64,000 nucleotides of DNA from Candidatus Poribacteria bacterium (GTDB lineage Bacteria > Poribacteria > WGA-4E > WGA-3G), in NCBI GenBank assembly GCA_965205015.1, contig OZ242029.1, positions 5,120,001 through 5,184,000 of the forward strand, written 5' to 3'. Below, piece by piece: positions 21,101-29,700 of the stretch (positions are counted from its first letter, which is position 1; each line of letters starts with the position of its first letter). Below the pieces are notes generated by a model, which saw only the letters and a program-made list of their open reading frames with translations, did not search any database and was not told the DNA's origin. The translations under genes were made by a program, and so were the position numbers.

Positions 21101-21141
21101 GAAAGCCAAAAGATGAGGAGGAAACGGATGTCAATAATTAA
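18112..21141 (+). CDS. cas10d: Type I-D large subunit Cas10d/Csc3 with HD nuclease domain
   Basis: AKGGS..DQSMLTHVLNG, LHDLDK (HD), CSLC...ICRLC zinc finger, YLYPSYFFT; AAGGAGG RBS. Confidence 0.93.
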   Translation: MAKQLEMFGQLDNSEDKHEVTSIPTQLDQLIDLTDDEAELEEVSAYVALLKGIIPANDQVLRDYIEIVGPRMQKEYTLRSAKGGSVEKYAHNDDQSMLTHVLNGVFPTLQIVREARKLLSDIEKQLYLIAYTLHDLDKLVDIRELSVADAEKKREFYNYLDEWVERLHFDRFCSEYDEYREDIGYLILNTQVKYGADLNPRNFDRQLPPARHELLKNMCRCSDLIAYFMKNPASFLERQEIRDSLTLLSRGKLVFAYHKVSENRGMLTNVINNAILAEMRDNFEWKPFLFFPTGVTYLRNRESADTVLPTGDKIAAVVVEKLKTYCVSRLRQNLNGFTRGGKGFKYADYYDAFFQPHEMLELIQKGCFKILRHDKAPSAGKRLIKLQQLQAEGKIPEGISLNFEDDLRVDQLAEYLVEVEKLIGKFASRETVASEVLSYIGMSEWQEAFMSIPSQGGVPLPWYFIAGKYLSQNRGKDENDLRDLFEDIARHVTEMFTETGQNRQQSDIFVTLQDYVRQTVDIDGHQDIRQDFQTELDRYTNTKRIGRGSDKGCSLCSSAFQTQESSETDVIFAPQVYSHKNPINSGRVKRGICRLCQLEMMLRQILIRSRWNLVGGGYESVKIKWIYLYPSYFFTPETAAVIGKAYQNLKSLNFFDIRRKLHKGGSATNLIELDEFVIDTEIPDREKENLLKMDFGTNDLATFYFCGIPTLGTRPTDTESWAIPTFLGVLSTLAFNAKVVVTESQVPLYHSAEEFKETVILNAPHPFVTHILQKESLRIDEVEESLEKLAAVYDINIDAFRDGAKPQWQHLNSVAGNIESDPLYVFHYLDILRRKNKWDSFPKPKDGDIFIPQRYLQFYETLGGDKMSLIAGVAERCFNFYGPADRRIPYSVLRVISLIEDTIINSESTIKQVDLKWQARGVVHDLMRRIRNRSAQGYYRLSEEQEELEAIEALVDYFYEEVFKDYCGEQRAILRSRRNNLNSGINAWYQANWQQFRKPKDEEETDVNN
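20710..21141 (+). CDS. cas11d: Cas11d small subunit, internally translated in frame within cas10d
   Basis: GGAGGT-GACAAA-ATG in frame gives a 143-aa C-terminal product, the known arrangement in type I-D systems. Confidence 0.75.
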   Translation: MSLIAGVAERCFNFYGPADRRIPYSVLRVISLIEDTIINSESTIKQVDLKWQARGVVHDLMRRIRNRSAQGYYRLSEEQEELEAIEALVDYFYEEVFKDYCGEQRAILRSRRNNLNSGINAWYQANWQQFRKPKDEEETDVNN

Positions 21142-22138
21142 AATTCCCCAAACCATTGTCCCTGAGGACTGTTTTTTAGATACAATTCCCAAGGCCCCTG
21201 AAGGTCGATATGCCCACATTATTCTGATTCGAGAGACAGAATCTTATTCTGTATTCCAAACAGACGGAACGTTGAACATAGCCAACGTCAAAAGGGGATT
21301 GCAGGAAACAACCCCGTTAATTCGACTTGCCATGTTTAAGCGGAAGCAGACTTCTCCAGAACGCTTAACTGGTCGGGAACTCCTACGACGGGGGGGCATT
21401 ACACAGAATCAGGACAACAAAGCAGAGCCGAAGTACTGCGACTATAATGAGCATTTCTGCCAGAGTTGTCCGGACTGTGTCTATTACGGATTTGCAATCG
21501 GTGACGCTGGTGCTGAAAAGTCAAAGGTTTATGTGGATACTGCTTATTCCATCAGTGGTTATGATGAATCGCACCAGCAGTTTTCATTTAATGCTTTATT
21601 TGAAAAAGGAAATATGAGCCAAAAAGGTCAAGTCCGCTCCAGTTTTGGTGAGCAAGACCATATTGTTCCACAGGTCTACTTTCCCTCAGTCATTACTATC
21701 AAAGACGTGACACTCAATAGTTTCGCATACATACTAAATAACCTGTTGCGGACAAAACGCTATGGCGCACAGACAACGCGGACAGGTCGTCTTGCCAACC
21801 ATATCATTGGAGTTGTGTTCGCTGATGGTGAAATTTTCTCCAATCTCAAATTAACGCAAGCAATCTACGACGAACTCTCAGATGCTGGACAATTAGAGAA
21901 TATGCCGCTGAATCAAGCGGAGGTTCTTGAAAATGCTAAAGTCGTAATACCTCAACTTCTCAGCAACGACGGTGTCATTTTTAATCATGTCCACGATAAC
22001 GCACTTGACGAGCTAATTAGTTGTGTAACTACCGTAACCACCGACGCAGACAAACTCCGCACGTTTCTTGAGGAAACCAACGCTGAAACTACGGAATATT
22101 CAGAACGCGTCATCCAAAGTGAAAAAAAGAAAAAGTAA
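21128..22138 (+). CDS. csc2: Type I-D Cas7/Csc2 backbone subunit
   Basis: FKRKQTSPERLTGRELLR, CPDCVYYGFAIG, KSKVYVD, RYGAQTTRTG. Confidence 0.93.
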   Translation: MSIIKIPQTIVPEDCFLDTIPKAPEGRYAHIILIRETESYSVFQTDGTLNIANVKRGLQETTPLIRLAMFKRKQTSPERLTGRELLRRGGITQNQDNKAEPKYCDYNEHFCQSCPDCVYYGFAIGDAGAEKSKVYVDTAYSISGYDESHQQFSFNALFEKGNMSQKGQVRSSFGEQDHIVPQVYFPSVITIKDVTLNSFAYILNNLLRTKRYGAQTTRTGRLANHIIGVVFADGEIFSNLKLTQAIYDELSDAGQLENMPLNQAEVLENAKVVIPQLLSNDGVIFNHVHDNALDELISCVTTVTTDADKLRTFLEETNAETTEYSERVIQSEKKKK

Positions 22139-22149
22139 GGAGCCACCAA

Positions 22150-22806
22150 ATGCACGTCGCAAAATGTCGCCTCGTTTTACACGATTCCCTCTATTATGCG
22201 ACCCGTGAGATGGGCCGGCTCTATGAAACGGAAAAGGTTATCCATAATTGGGCACTGACATACGCATTGGGATTCATCCAGAAACCGTATTATTGCCCTA
22301 ATAGTGTTCCGACCTATCAGGACGACCTTCAACCGATTAACGAGGTAGGCGTTTATGTTACGCCTGCCAAACCTATTCATTGTGACTACGTGATTAACAC
22401 TTTTAAATTCGCGGATAACCGGCACCGCGCGTTTTCAACCCCGAATCGTACCAATAAACCTTCCTATGGAAAAGCAAAGGAACTTGCACCTGAAAGTAAA
22501 TTTGAGTTTTTCATTATCGGTGAATTGCCCGATCGGCTCCCAAAATGGATCCGGTTAGGGTTGTGGATGAGCAAAGCACGGGTTGAGGTTAAGGATGTGA
22601 AATCGTCATTAACACCGAAAAGTGGGATCTTCACATGTTCACATCTCCTGAACCCGATAGACCTTCCTTTTTTGCCGGAGTTATATGATCTCATTTCGAT
22701 GCCACCGGTGAGTTTGCTGCAAAATGCACGATTTAACGGTGAATATGTTGAATTCGGTGATGTCTGTTTGCCAGCATCTATGGCTTACTTTGCTGGCGCA
22801 ACATAA
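22150..22806 (+). CDS. csc1: Type I-D Cas5/Csc1
   Basis: LHDSLYYATREMG, IHNWALTYALG, YVTPAKP, PKWIRLG.WMSKA. Confidence 0.92.
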   Translation: MHVAKCRLVLHDSLYYATREMGRLYETEKVIHNWALTYALGFIQKPYYCPNSVPTYQDDLQPINEVGVYVTPAKPIHCDYVINTFKFADNRHRAFSTPNRTNKPSYGKAKELAPESKFEFFIIGELPDRLPKWIRLGLWMSKARVEVKDVKSSLTPKSGIFTCSHLLNPIDLPFLPELYDLISMPPVSLLQNARFNGEYVEFGDVCLPASMAYFAGAT

Positions 22807-22816
22807 GGAGTCCGTT

Positions 22817-23647
22817 ATGCCTATCAGCACACTTATCTCACTCATCCCTGAAACCGATGTGATACTCCGTCCCACGATGGGACACCACGCACACGCCGCG
22901 TTCCTTTCGATTCTCAAACAAAGCAATCCAGAGGTTGCCGCAGCTGTTCACGCGCCCGCGGCACAGAAACCGTTCACCGTCTCGCCGCTCATCGCGGCGG
23001 CGAAAAATCGGAATCATCGACTCCATATCAAGGCAGGAACCGAGTGCAGGCTCCGGTTTACGTTCCTTGATGATGAACTCTTTACACACTTCGGGAAAGC
23101 CTTCTTGACGCTCACGATGCCGCCCATTCGGTTAGGGGAGGCGGTCTTTCAAGTGAGACAAATGGTCTCGCACGCTACAGAGGAACGGAGTTGGAGTAAG
23201 AGTGAAACCTACGCCGACCTCGTCCAAGCTGCAAAGACGGATACCCAGATGTCGTTCCGCTTCTACTCACCAACCGCCTTCCGCGGGATGACACCGCGCG
23301 GACAAAAGACCCGTAAAGAAGCAAACCTCGATCTCATCCGATGCTATCAGAGTTGGGTGAACAAGTGGAACGCCTTCTCGCCCATAAAACTCGACAGAGC
23401 CGAAATTCTCACGTTCGTCCGAGAATATATTCAGTTGACGAGCGTCGCGACGGAGACGAAGAACCTTAACTTCGGAAAACATACCGAATTCGGATGGGTA
23501 GGGACATGTGCTTTTATTTTTTATCCTGAGCGTTCATTTGATGAGCATCTACTCCGCGCAGTTAACTGCTTAGCGGATTTCGCCTTTTACTGCGGCACCG
23601 GTTATAAGACAACGATGGGGATGGGGCAGACGAGACGGATAGATTGA
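22817..23647 (+). CDS. cas6: CRISPR-associated endoribonuclease Cas6
   Basis: KPFTVSPL, F.SPTAF, C-terminal FYCGTGYKTTMGMGQ glycine-rich loop. Confidence 0.93.
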   Translation: MPISTLISLIPETDVILRPTMGHHAHAAFLSILKQSNPEVAAAVHAPAAQKPFTVSPLIAAAKNRNHRLHIKAGTECRLRFTFLDDELFTHFGKAFLTLTMPPIRLGEAVFQVRQMVSHATEERSWSKSETYADLVQAAKTDTQMSFRFYSPTAFRGMTPRGQKTRKEANLDLIRCYQSWVNKWNAFSPIKLDRAEILTFVREYIQLTSVATETKNLNFGKHTEFGWVGTCAFIFYPERSFDEHLLRAVNCLADFAFYCGTGYKTTMGMGQTRRID

Positions 23648-23788
23648 ATGGAATAGGATGGGATGGAAGAAGGGAAGGATGGAAGAAGGGAGGGTTGGAA
23701 GGGGCAAGTTGGATGGGATAGGGAAGGATGGGGGATTGGAAGAACGGAAGAAGGGACTGGAAGGTTGGAAGGTTGGAAAACTGGATTT
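23648..23788 (+). repeat. Polypurine GGAA/GGAT low-complexity tract
   Basis: ~140 bp almost devoid of C; complementary TTCC tracts at ~24450-24473 and ~24511-24540. Confidence 0.8.
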
Positions 23789-23922
23789 TATAGTAGATCC
23801 TAAAAATAAGTTTACACTTGTAGCATAGGCTGTTAGCCTGTGCCAGCGTGAGATGTAACCTCACAATTTACCCTATGATACGAGTGTCCAGGTAATTACG
23901 GGATCCACTATAATATGGGAGG

Positions 23923-24393
23923 ATGGATATGGATGAACGATTGGAGCGTCGAAAGAATATCAATCGAGGGTATCGCAAATTGAAGACTTGGCAGATGGCA
24001 ATCGAATTGTACGCTTTCTTGTGTAAGAAAGTCGAGGAAATTCCAGGCTCCCCGTATCGTTTGATCGCACAGATTTTAGATGCGGGATCGTCAATCTCTG
24101 CTAATATTGCCGAGGGATACTGCAGGCGTTCTTTGAAGGAGTATCTCTACTTTCTCAATGTCGCATTGGCATCTGCTGGAGAAGTATACTCTCGGTGTTA
24201 CGCATGCTACCGGGCCGGACAGTTTTCAGGGACAACATTTGATGCCATTGATGAACAGCACTATGCGATGGAAAACGCGTTGCTTCGGCAAATTAAATCG
24301 CTTCAGGCAAAACAGCGGACCGGGGAATGGGAGGACAATCTGTTTCTCCGTGAAGACGAAGTCATCTACCTTCTAAATCAAATTGACGAATAG
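23923..24393 (+). CDS. Four helix bundle protein (23S rRNA IVP-like)
   Basis: YRKLKTWQ.A, SISANIAEGY.R, YL.FL..A.AS.GE motifs. Confidence 0.88.
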   Translation: MDMDERLERRKNINRGYRKLKTWQMAIELYAFLCKKVEEIPGSPYRLIAQILDAGSSISANIAEGYCRRSLKEYLYFLNVALASAGEVYSRCYACYRAGQFSGTTFDAIDEQHYAMENALLRQIKSLQAKQRTGEWEDNLFLREDEVIYLLNQIDE

Positions 24394-24557
24394 AATAGGA
24401 GAAGACAAAGAAGGATAAGAGGAAAATAGGAAGATTGGCGGATTGAAACTTTCCATCCTTCCACGCCTCCACCTTTGATTAAATATGGTATATGGGTGTA
24501 GAGAAGCATATCCGCTTCCATCCTTCCACTCTTCCTTCCACTAAAGGAGCAATTAGC

Positions 24558-26195
24558 ATGTCTGAGAATTACATTCCACTTTCACAAATAAACACTTATG
24601 TTTTCTGTCCTCGACGGTTCTACTATGAATCTGTTGAGGGGCATCAGGTCGTTAATGATCATGTTGAAGAAGGCAAAATCAAACATGAAAACGTCCACAC
24701 AGCGGTGACTGATCGGAAAAAAGGAGACAAAACGATCTCGCGTCGGCAATACCTCGCTTCCGATGCCTTGGGGGTCTCCGGCTACACCGACCTTGTTGAG
24801 GAGAAAAACGGGGTCCCGTATCCCGTTGAATTCAAGAAGGCAGGTATGGGAAATTGGCTGAACGATCAGGTTCAACTCTGCTTGCAAGGACTGTTGTTGG
24901 AGGAGAAAACGGGGATTTCAATCCCTCACGGTTACGTCTTCTATATCGGTTCCAAGCGACGACGGAAAGTTCCGTTTGACAAAGAACTCCGTGAAGCCAC
25001 ACGCCGATATGTGGCAGAAGCACGCGCACTCCTTGAGTCCCGAAAAATTCCTGAACCCGTTCACGATAACCGATGCAACGGCTGCAGCGTCCGTCCGATC
25101 TGTCTACCTGACGAGGTCGCTTATCTCCATGCGTTAGATGAACGACCCAAGCGCATTAAACCCGCACTCGGTATTGATAGCGTGCTTTACGTTGACGAGC
25201 AAGGATGTGCGATCAAAAAGACAGGGGAACGTATTCTCGTTGCTAAAGAAAACGAAATCCTTCGAGATATTCCGCTGATCCATCTCGGACAGGTCGTTAT
25301 CTCTGGGAACGTTAACCTGACAACGCCTGCGATGCAAACACTCTTACATGAGGGGATCCCTGTGGTGTTTCTCTCCGCATACGGACGCTACCATGGCGCA
25401 TTGACCCCACAGGTGTCTCGGAATTCTCTTTTACGGAGTGCACAACATCGCACAGCGAGTCGTCCGGATGCCTGTCTTGAATTGTCGAAGGCTTTTGTGC
25501 ACGGAAAAGTGGTGAACATGCGGACGATGCTCCAACGCAGGAAATGGCAGACGCCGGATAGCACAGATTCGGCATTGGAACCCTTGCTTGCTAATATTAA
25601 GGCGATGCAGGCGATGGAGAAACGCATCCATAAAGCGACAGAACTTTCAGAATTATTGGGCGTAGAAGGGAACGCGTCCGCTGCGTATTTCGGGGCATTC
25701 AACTTTATGCTAAAGGAGACGGTGGGTTTTGATTTCCAACGGCGGAGTCGCCGTCCACCCGCGGATCCAACCAACGCACTCCTGAGTTTCGCGTATTCAT
25801 TGCTGACAGCTGATCTCATGTCGGCAATCCAGACTGTAGGGTTAGACCCTTATGTCGGTTTCTTTCATCAGATTAAGTATGGCAAGCCGTGTCTTGCCCT
25901 TGATTTGATGGAGGAATTCCGTCCTATTGTCGCGGATTCGGTTGTGATTACGCTTATCAACAACCGCCGCATCAAGCCCACAGATTTCACGCAGGTCCAC
26001 GGGGGGTGGTATCTGAAGGAGAAGTGTCGGAAAGTGTTTTACGCCGCGTATGAGACACGGAAAAATGAGACCATTACACATCCGGTTTTTAAGTATAAAC
26101 TCTCATTTCGGCGTGCTATGGAATTGCAGGTCCGCTTGCTGGCGAAATATCTAACGGGAGAAATTGATCAGTATACACCCTTAACAGTTCGGTAG
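24558..26195 (+). CDS. cas1: Cas4-Cas1 fusion
   Basis: Cas4 part: FCPRR, G.TDLVE, PVEFK, QLCLQ, C.GCSVR..CLP; Cas1 part: LLGVEG.A...YF, NALLSFAY, GLDPYVG.FH, LALDLMEEFRP. Confidence 0.95.
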   Translation: MSENYIPLSQINTYVFCPRRFYYESVEGHQVVNDHVEEGKIKHENVHTAVTDRKKGDKTISRRQYLASDALGVSGYTDLVEEKNGVPYPVEFKKAGMGNWLNDQVQLCLQGLLLEEKTGISIPHGYVFYIGSKRRRKVPFDKELREATRRYVAEARALLESRKIPEPVHDNRCNGCSVRPICLPDEVAYLHALDERPKRIKPALGIDSVLYVDEQGCAIKKTGERILVAKENEILRDIPLIHLGQVVISGNVNLTTPAMQTLLHEGIPVVFLSAYGRYHGALTPQVSRNSLLRSAQHRTASRPDACLELSKAFVHGKVVNMRTMLQRRKWQTPDSTDSALEPLLANIKAMQAMEKRIHKATELSELLGVEGNASAAYFGAFNFMLKETVGFDFQRRSRRPPADPTNALLSFAYSLLTADLMSAIQTVGLDPYVGFFHQIKYGKPCLALDLMEEFRPIVADSVVITLINNRRIKPTDFTQVHGGWYLKEKCRKVFYAAYETRKNETITHPVFKYKLSFRRAMELQVRLLAKYLTGEIDQYTPLTVR

Positions 26196-26318
26196 TACCG
26201 AAATCCCATGAGCATGTAAGGAAAGAGAATGGAAGAGAGATAGAATAGATAGGACTTCCGCCCTTCCCATCTTTCGCTCTATGTGGGATTCAGGCGGAAG
26301 TTTTATGAGGAGGCACCA

Positions 26319-26591
26319 ATGTATTACACAGTCGCTTATGATATTACAGATGACAAACGTCGGAACAAGGTCGCTAAAATACTGAAGGATTTTGGGACCC
26401 GCATCCAATATAGCGTTTTTGAATGTGATACGGATCGGCGTGCATTACTGCGCTTGCAAAGTCGATTGGAGAAGGTAGTTAATTTCAGTGAGGATACGAT
26501 CACTTTTTATCATCTGTGTGGCGCATGTGAGAAGCAAATCGATCGGATAGGTCTGAAAAAAGGACTTGACAAACAGTCGTATATTGTGTAA
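26319..26591 (+). CDS. cas2: CRISPR-associated Cas2
   Basis: VAYDITDDKRR, RIQYSVFE; GGAGG RBS. Confidence 0.95.
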   Translation: MYYTVAYDITDDKRRNKVAKILKDFGTRIQYSVFECDTDRRALLRLQSRLEKVVNFSEDTITFYHLCGACEKQIDRIGLKKGLDKQSYIV

Positions 26592-26777
26592 AATTGCTTC
26601 TGTGAGCGAAAGCGGATCAGAAAACCCTTGACCCTCACAGAAAGGTGGAAACGCTTATGAGGCGTGCTTTCATACTTTCATTAGAATATTTCTACCCATT
26701 ATGGTTACGACGAAATACCTCGCTCATAGAAACATCTATGATAGAGGCACGTCCAGTAAGGCTTCCCGCAGGGCGGA
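26592..26777 (+). promoter_or_regulatory. CRISPR leader
   Basis: Non-coding region between cas2 and the first repeat; repeat ends in ATTGAAAC, implying + strand transcription. Confidence 0.8.
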
Positions 26778-29700
26778 CTTGAAAAGATAAGACTCTCGAT
26801 TACGAGATTGAAACTTCACAACCCGTCTTGAGGGTGAGATTGAAAAGCCGACTTGAAAAGATAAGACTCTCGATTACGAGATTGAAACCCGGGAAACGCG
26901 CCCATCGGCACCACCGAGACTTCAACCTTGAAAAGATAAGACTCTCGATTACGAGATTGAAACGAATGGAACGTCCGATTATTATCCTTTTCTCCGCCTC
27001 TTGAAAAGATAAGACTCTCGATTACGAGATTGAAACTGGTCCCCTACCAGTTATTCCAGTTGCAAGAACATCGCTTGAAAAGATAAGACTCTCGATTACG
27101 AGATTGAAACTATAAGAACCGAACTGGTAAATGCTCTTACCAAGCACTTGAAAAGATAAGACTCTCGATTACGAGATTGAAACGATGATGATATGCACGT
27201 TTCTGAAGCCTCTCGTACGGCTTGAAAAGATAAGACTCTCGATTACGAGATTGAAACTTAATGATGATTTTATTCACCACTTTGGACTGGGTGGTGTTGC
27301 TTGAAAAGATAAGACTCTCGATTACGAGATTGAAACCTTAGGATATGCAAGAAGTGGTCGACCGGCTCCCGGGAGCTTGAAAAGATAAGACTCTCGATTA
27401 CGAGATTGAAACAAAGGCAGTACGAATACAACTTAAAAACCCATTAATCCTACTTGAAAAGATAAGACTCTCGATTACGAGATTGAAACTAACCCTAATT
27501 TGAGTGTTAAGATACAAAATATTAACTTGAAAAGATAAGACTCTCGATTACGAGATTGAAACATAGGGAAAAACGGCTTTTATGTGGCATCAGAATCACT
27601 TGAAAAGATAAGACTCTCGATTACGAGATTGAAACTCCAAGCGACCTACTGGACGCAAGTCCAAGATCACCGAAACTTGAAAAGATAAGACTCTCGATTA
27701 CGAGATTGAAACTGTTAGGTGCGGGATGTGCCCCACACTGATAACGATACTTGAAAAGATAAGACTCTCGATTACGAGATTGAAACGTTTCTGCTGATAT
27801 TGCAGCCAATTCAACAGCAACAGCTTGAAAAGATAAGACTCTCGATTACGAGATTGAAACTCGGTTGGATAATCCGGATCCTACATCATTTGCCAACGCC
27901 CTTGAAAAGATAAGACTCTCGATTACGAGATTGAAACCAGATAGTCAACAATTGCTGAATCGTAAGGGGTATAGGTGCTTGAAAAGATAAGACTCTCGAT
28001 TACGAGATTGAAACAAAGAGGTAACCGTACCTGTTGCTTTTGAACTTACGAACTCTTGAAAAGATAAGACTCTCGATTACGAGATTGAAACCTTCGTAAC
28101 TGTTGAGCCGCCCCCTGCGGAAACCAACCTTGAAAAGATAAGACTCTCGATTACGAGATTGAAACCAGCCGGCTTGACGGATCACTTTGCCGTCTTTGAC
28201 AAACTTGAAAAGATAAGACTCTCGATTACGAGATTGAAACTATGATCAGATTCGTCAAGCCTGCTTGGGTGTCATTGCTTGAAAAGATAAGACTCTCGAT
28301 TACGAGATTGAAACATTTCGTGATATACTCGAGAAAAAGGGGATTGACACCTTGAAAAGATAAGACTCTCGATTACGAGATTGAAACCATATTCTAAAAG
28401 TCAATGATAATATCGTCATCTTCGCTTGAAAAGATAAGACTCTCGATTACGAGATTGAAACTGTTATGGACCTGCTGGATCACTAATGACATTTTGCCTT
28501 GAAAAGATAAGACTCTCGATTACGAGATTGAAACGAGAATGAGATACCAGACCCTGGAATAATCCCATTCTTGAAAAGATAAGACTCTCGATTACGAGAT
28601 TGAAACACGATGCGCGTGTTCGATCCGAACGTTCAGGCCCTGACTTGAAAAGATAAGACTCTCGATTACGAGATTGAAACTAAAACCGAATCGGAATGTC
28701 CAACGCCTTCGCAAACGCTTGAAAAGATAAGACTCTCGATTACGAGATTGAAACTTTGATTGGCTCATCGAAAAAGAGTTTTTGCACGCTGACTTGAAAA
28801 GATAAGACTCTCGATTACGAGATTGAAACGACGTTGTTGCTTTTCAATACGAGTGCTATCGAATTCTTGAAAAGATAAGACTCTCGATTACGAGATTGAA
28901 ACCCGTGAGAACGATCTGCCAGTGCCCCATCGCGACGCCCGCTTGAAAAGATAAGACTCTCGATTACGAGATTGAAACTCGGTTACCGCATTGGGAGCGA
29001 TTCTCAGTTGCGTGTCTTGAAAAGATAAGACTCTCGATTACGAGATTGAAACTCCCGTCGTCGAACTCGGCACAGACGCGACCTCCACACTTGAAAAGAT
29101 AAGACTCTCGATTACGAGATTGAAACTGGACATCGACAGACACATGTAGCGACGTGTCCAACCCCTTGAAAAGATAAGACTCTCGATTACGAGATTGAAA
29201 CGATATTGCGTATACGAACATTGCGGGCGAGGATGTCCTTGAAAAGATAAGACTCTCGATTACGAGATTGAAACACAACGCTACATCCAGCGGCACGGCG
29301 GCAAGAGCGAGATCACTTGAAAAGATAAGACTCTCGATTACGAGATTGAAACTGCTCGACTGGTCCAACCAGACAGGTGGAAAGTATATCCTTGAAAAGA
29401 TAAGACTCTCGATTACGAGATTGAAACAGTGCGTCCAGTTGTTCGCTCAGGGGTGTGGTATCGCTCTTGAAAAGATAAGACTCTCGATTACGAGATTGAA
29501 ACGTTGAGGGTCGCCTCGCAGCGTTGGCGTTCCAGTATGACTTCCTCTTGAAAAGATAAGACTCTCGATTACGAGATTGAAACTACATTGTCGCGAATGA
29601 GAACGTGACGGGACTGGAATTCTTGAAAAGATAAGACTCTCGATTACGAGATTGAAACAGGATTACACGACCTTCGCGGAAGCTCGAAAACTTAACACTT

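Noticed and set aside
23923-24393. Diversity-generating retroelement (Avd-like protein)
   Set aside because: No reverse transcriptase and no TR/VR pair with adenine-specific mismatches in the window.
26815-26851. First spacer contains GAGATTGAAA, identical to the repeat 3' end
   Set aside because: A 10-nt match among ~105 spacers is plausibly chance; the flanks do not resemble the repeat.
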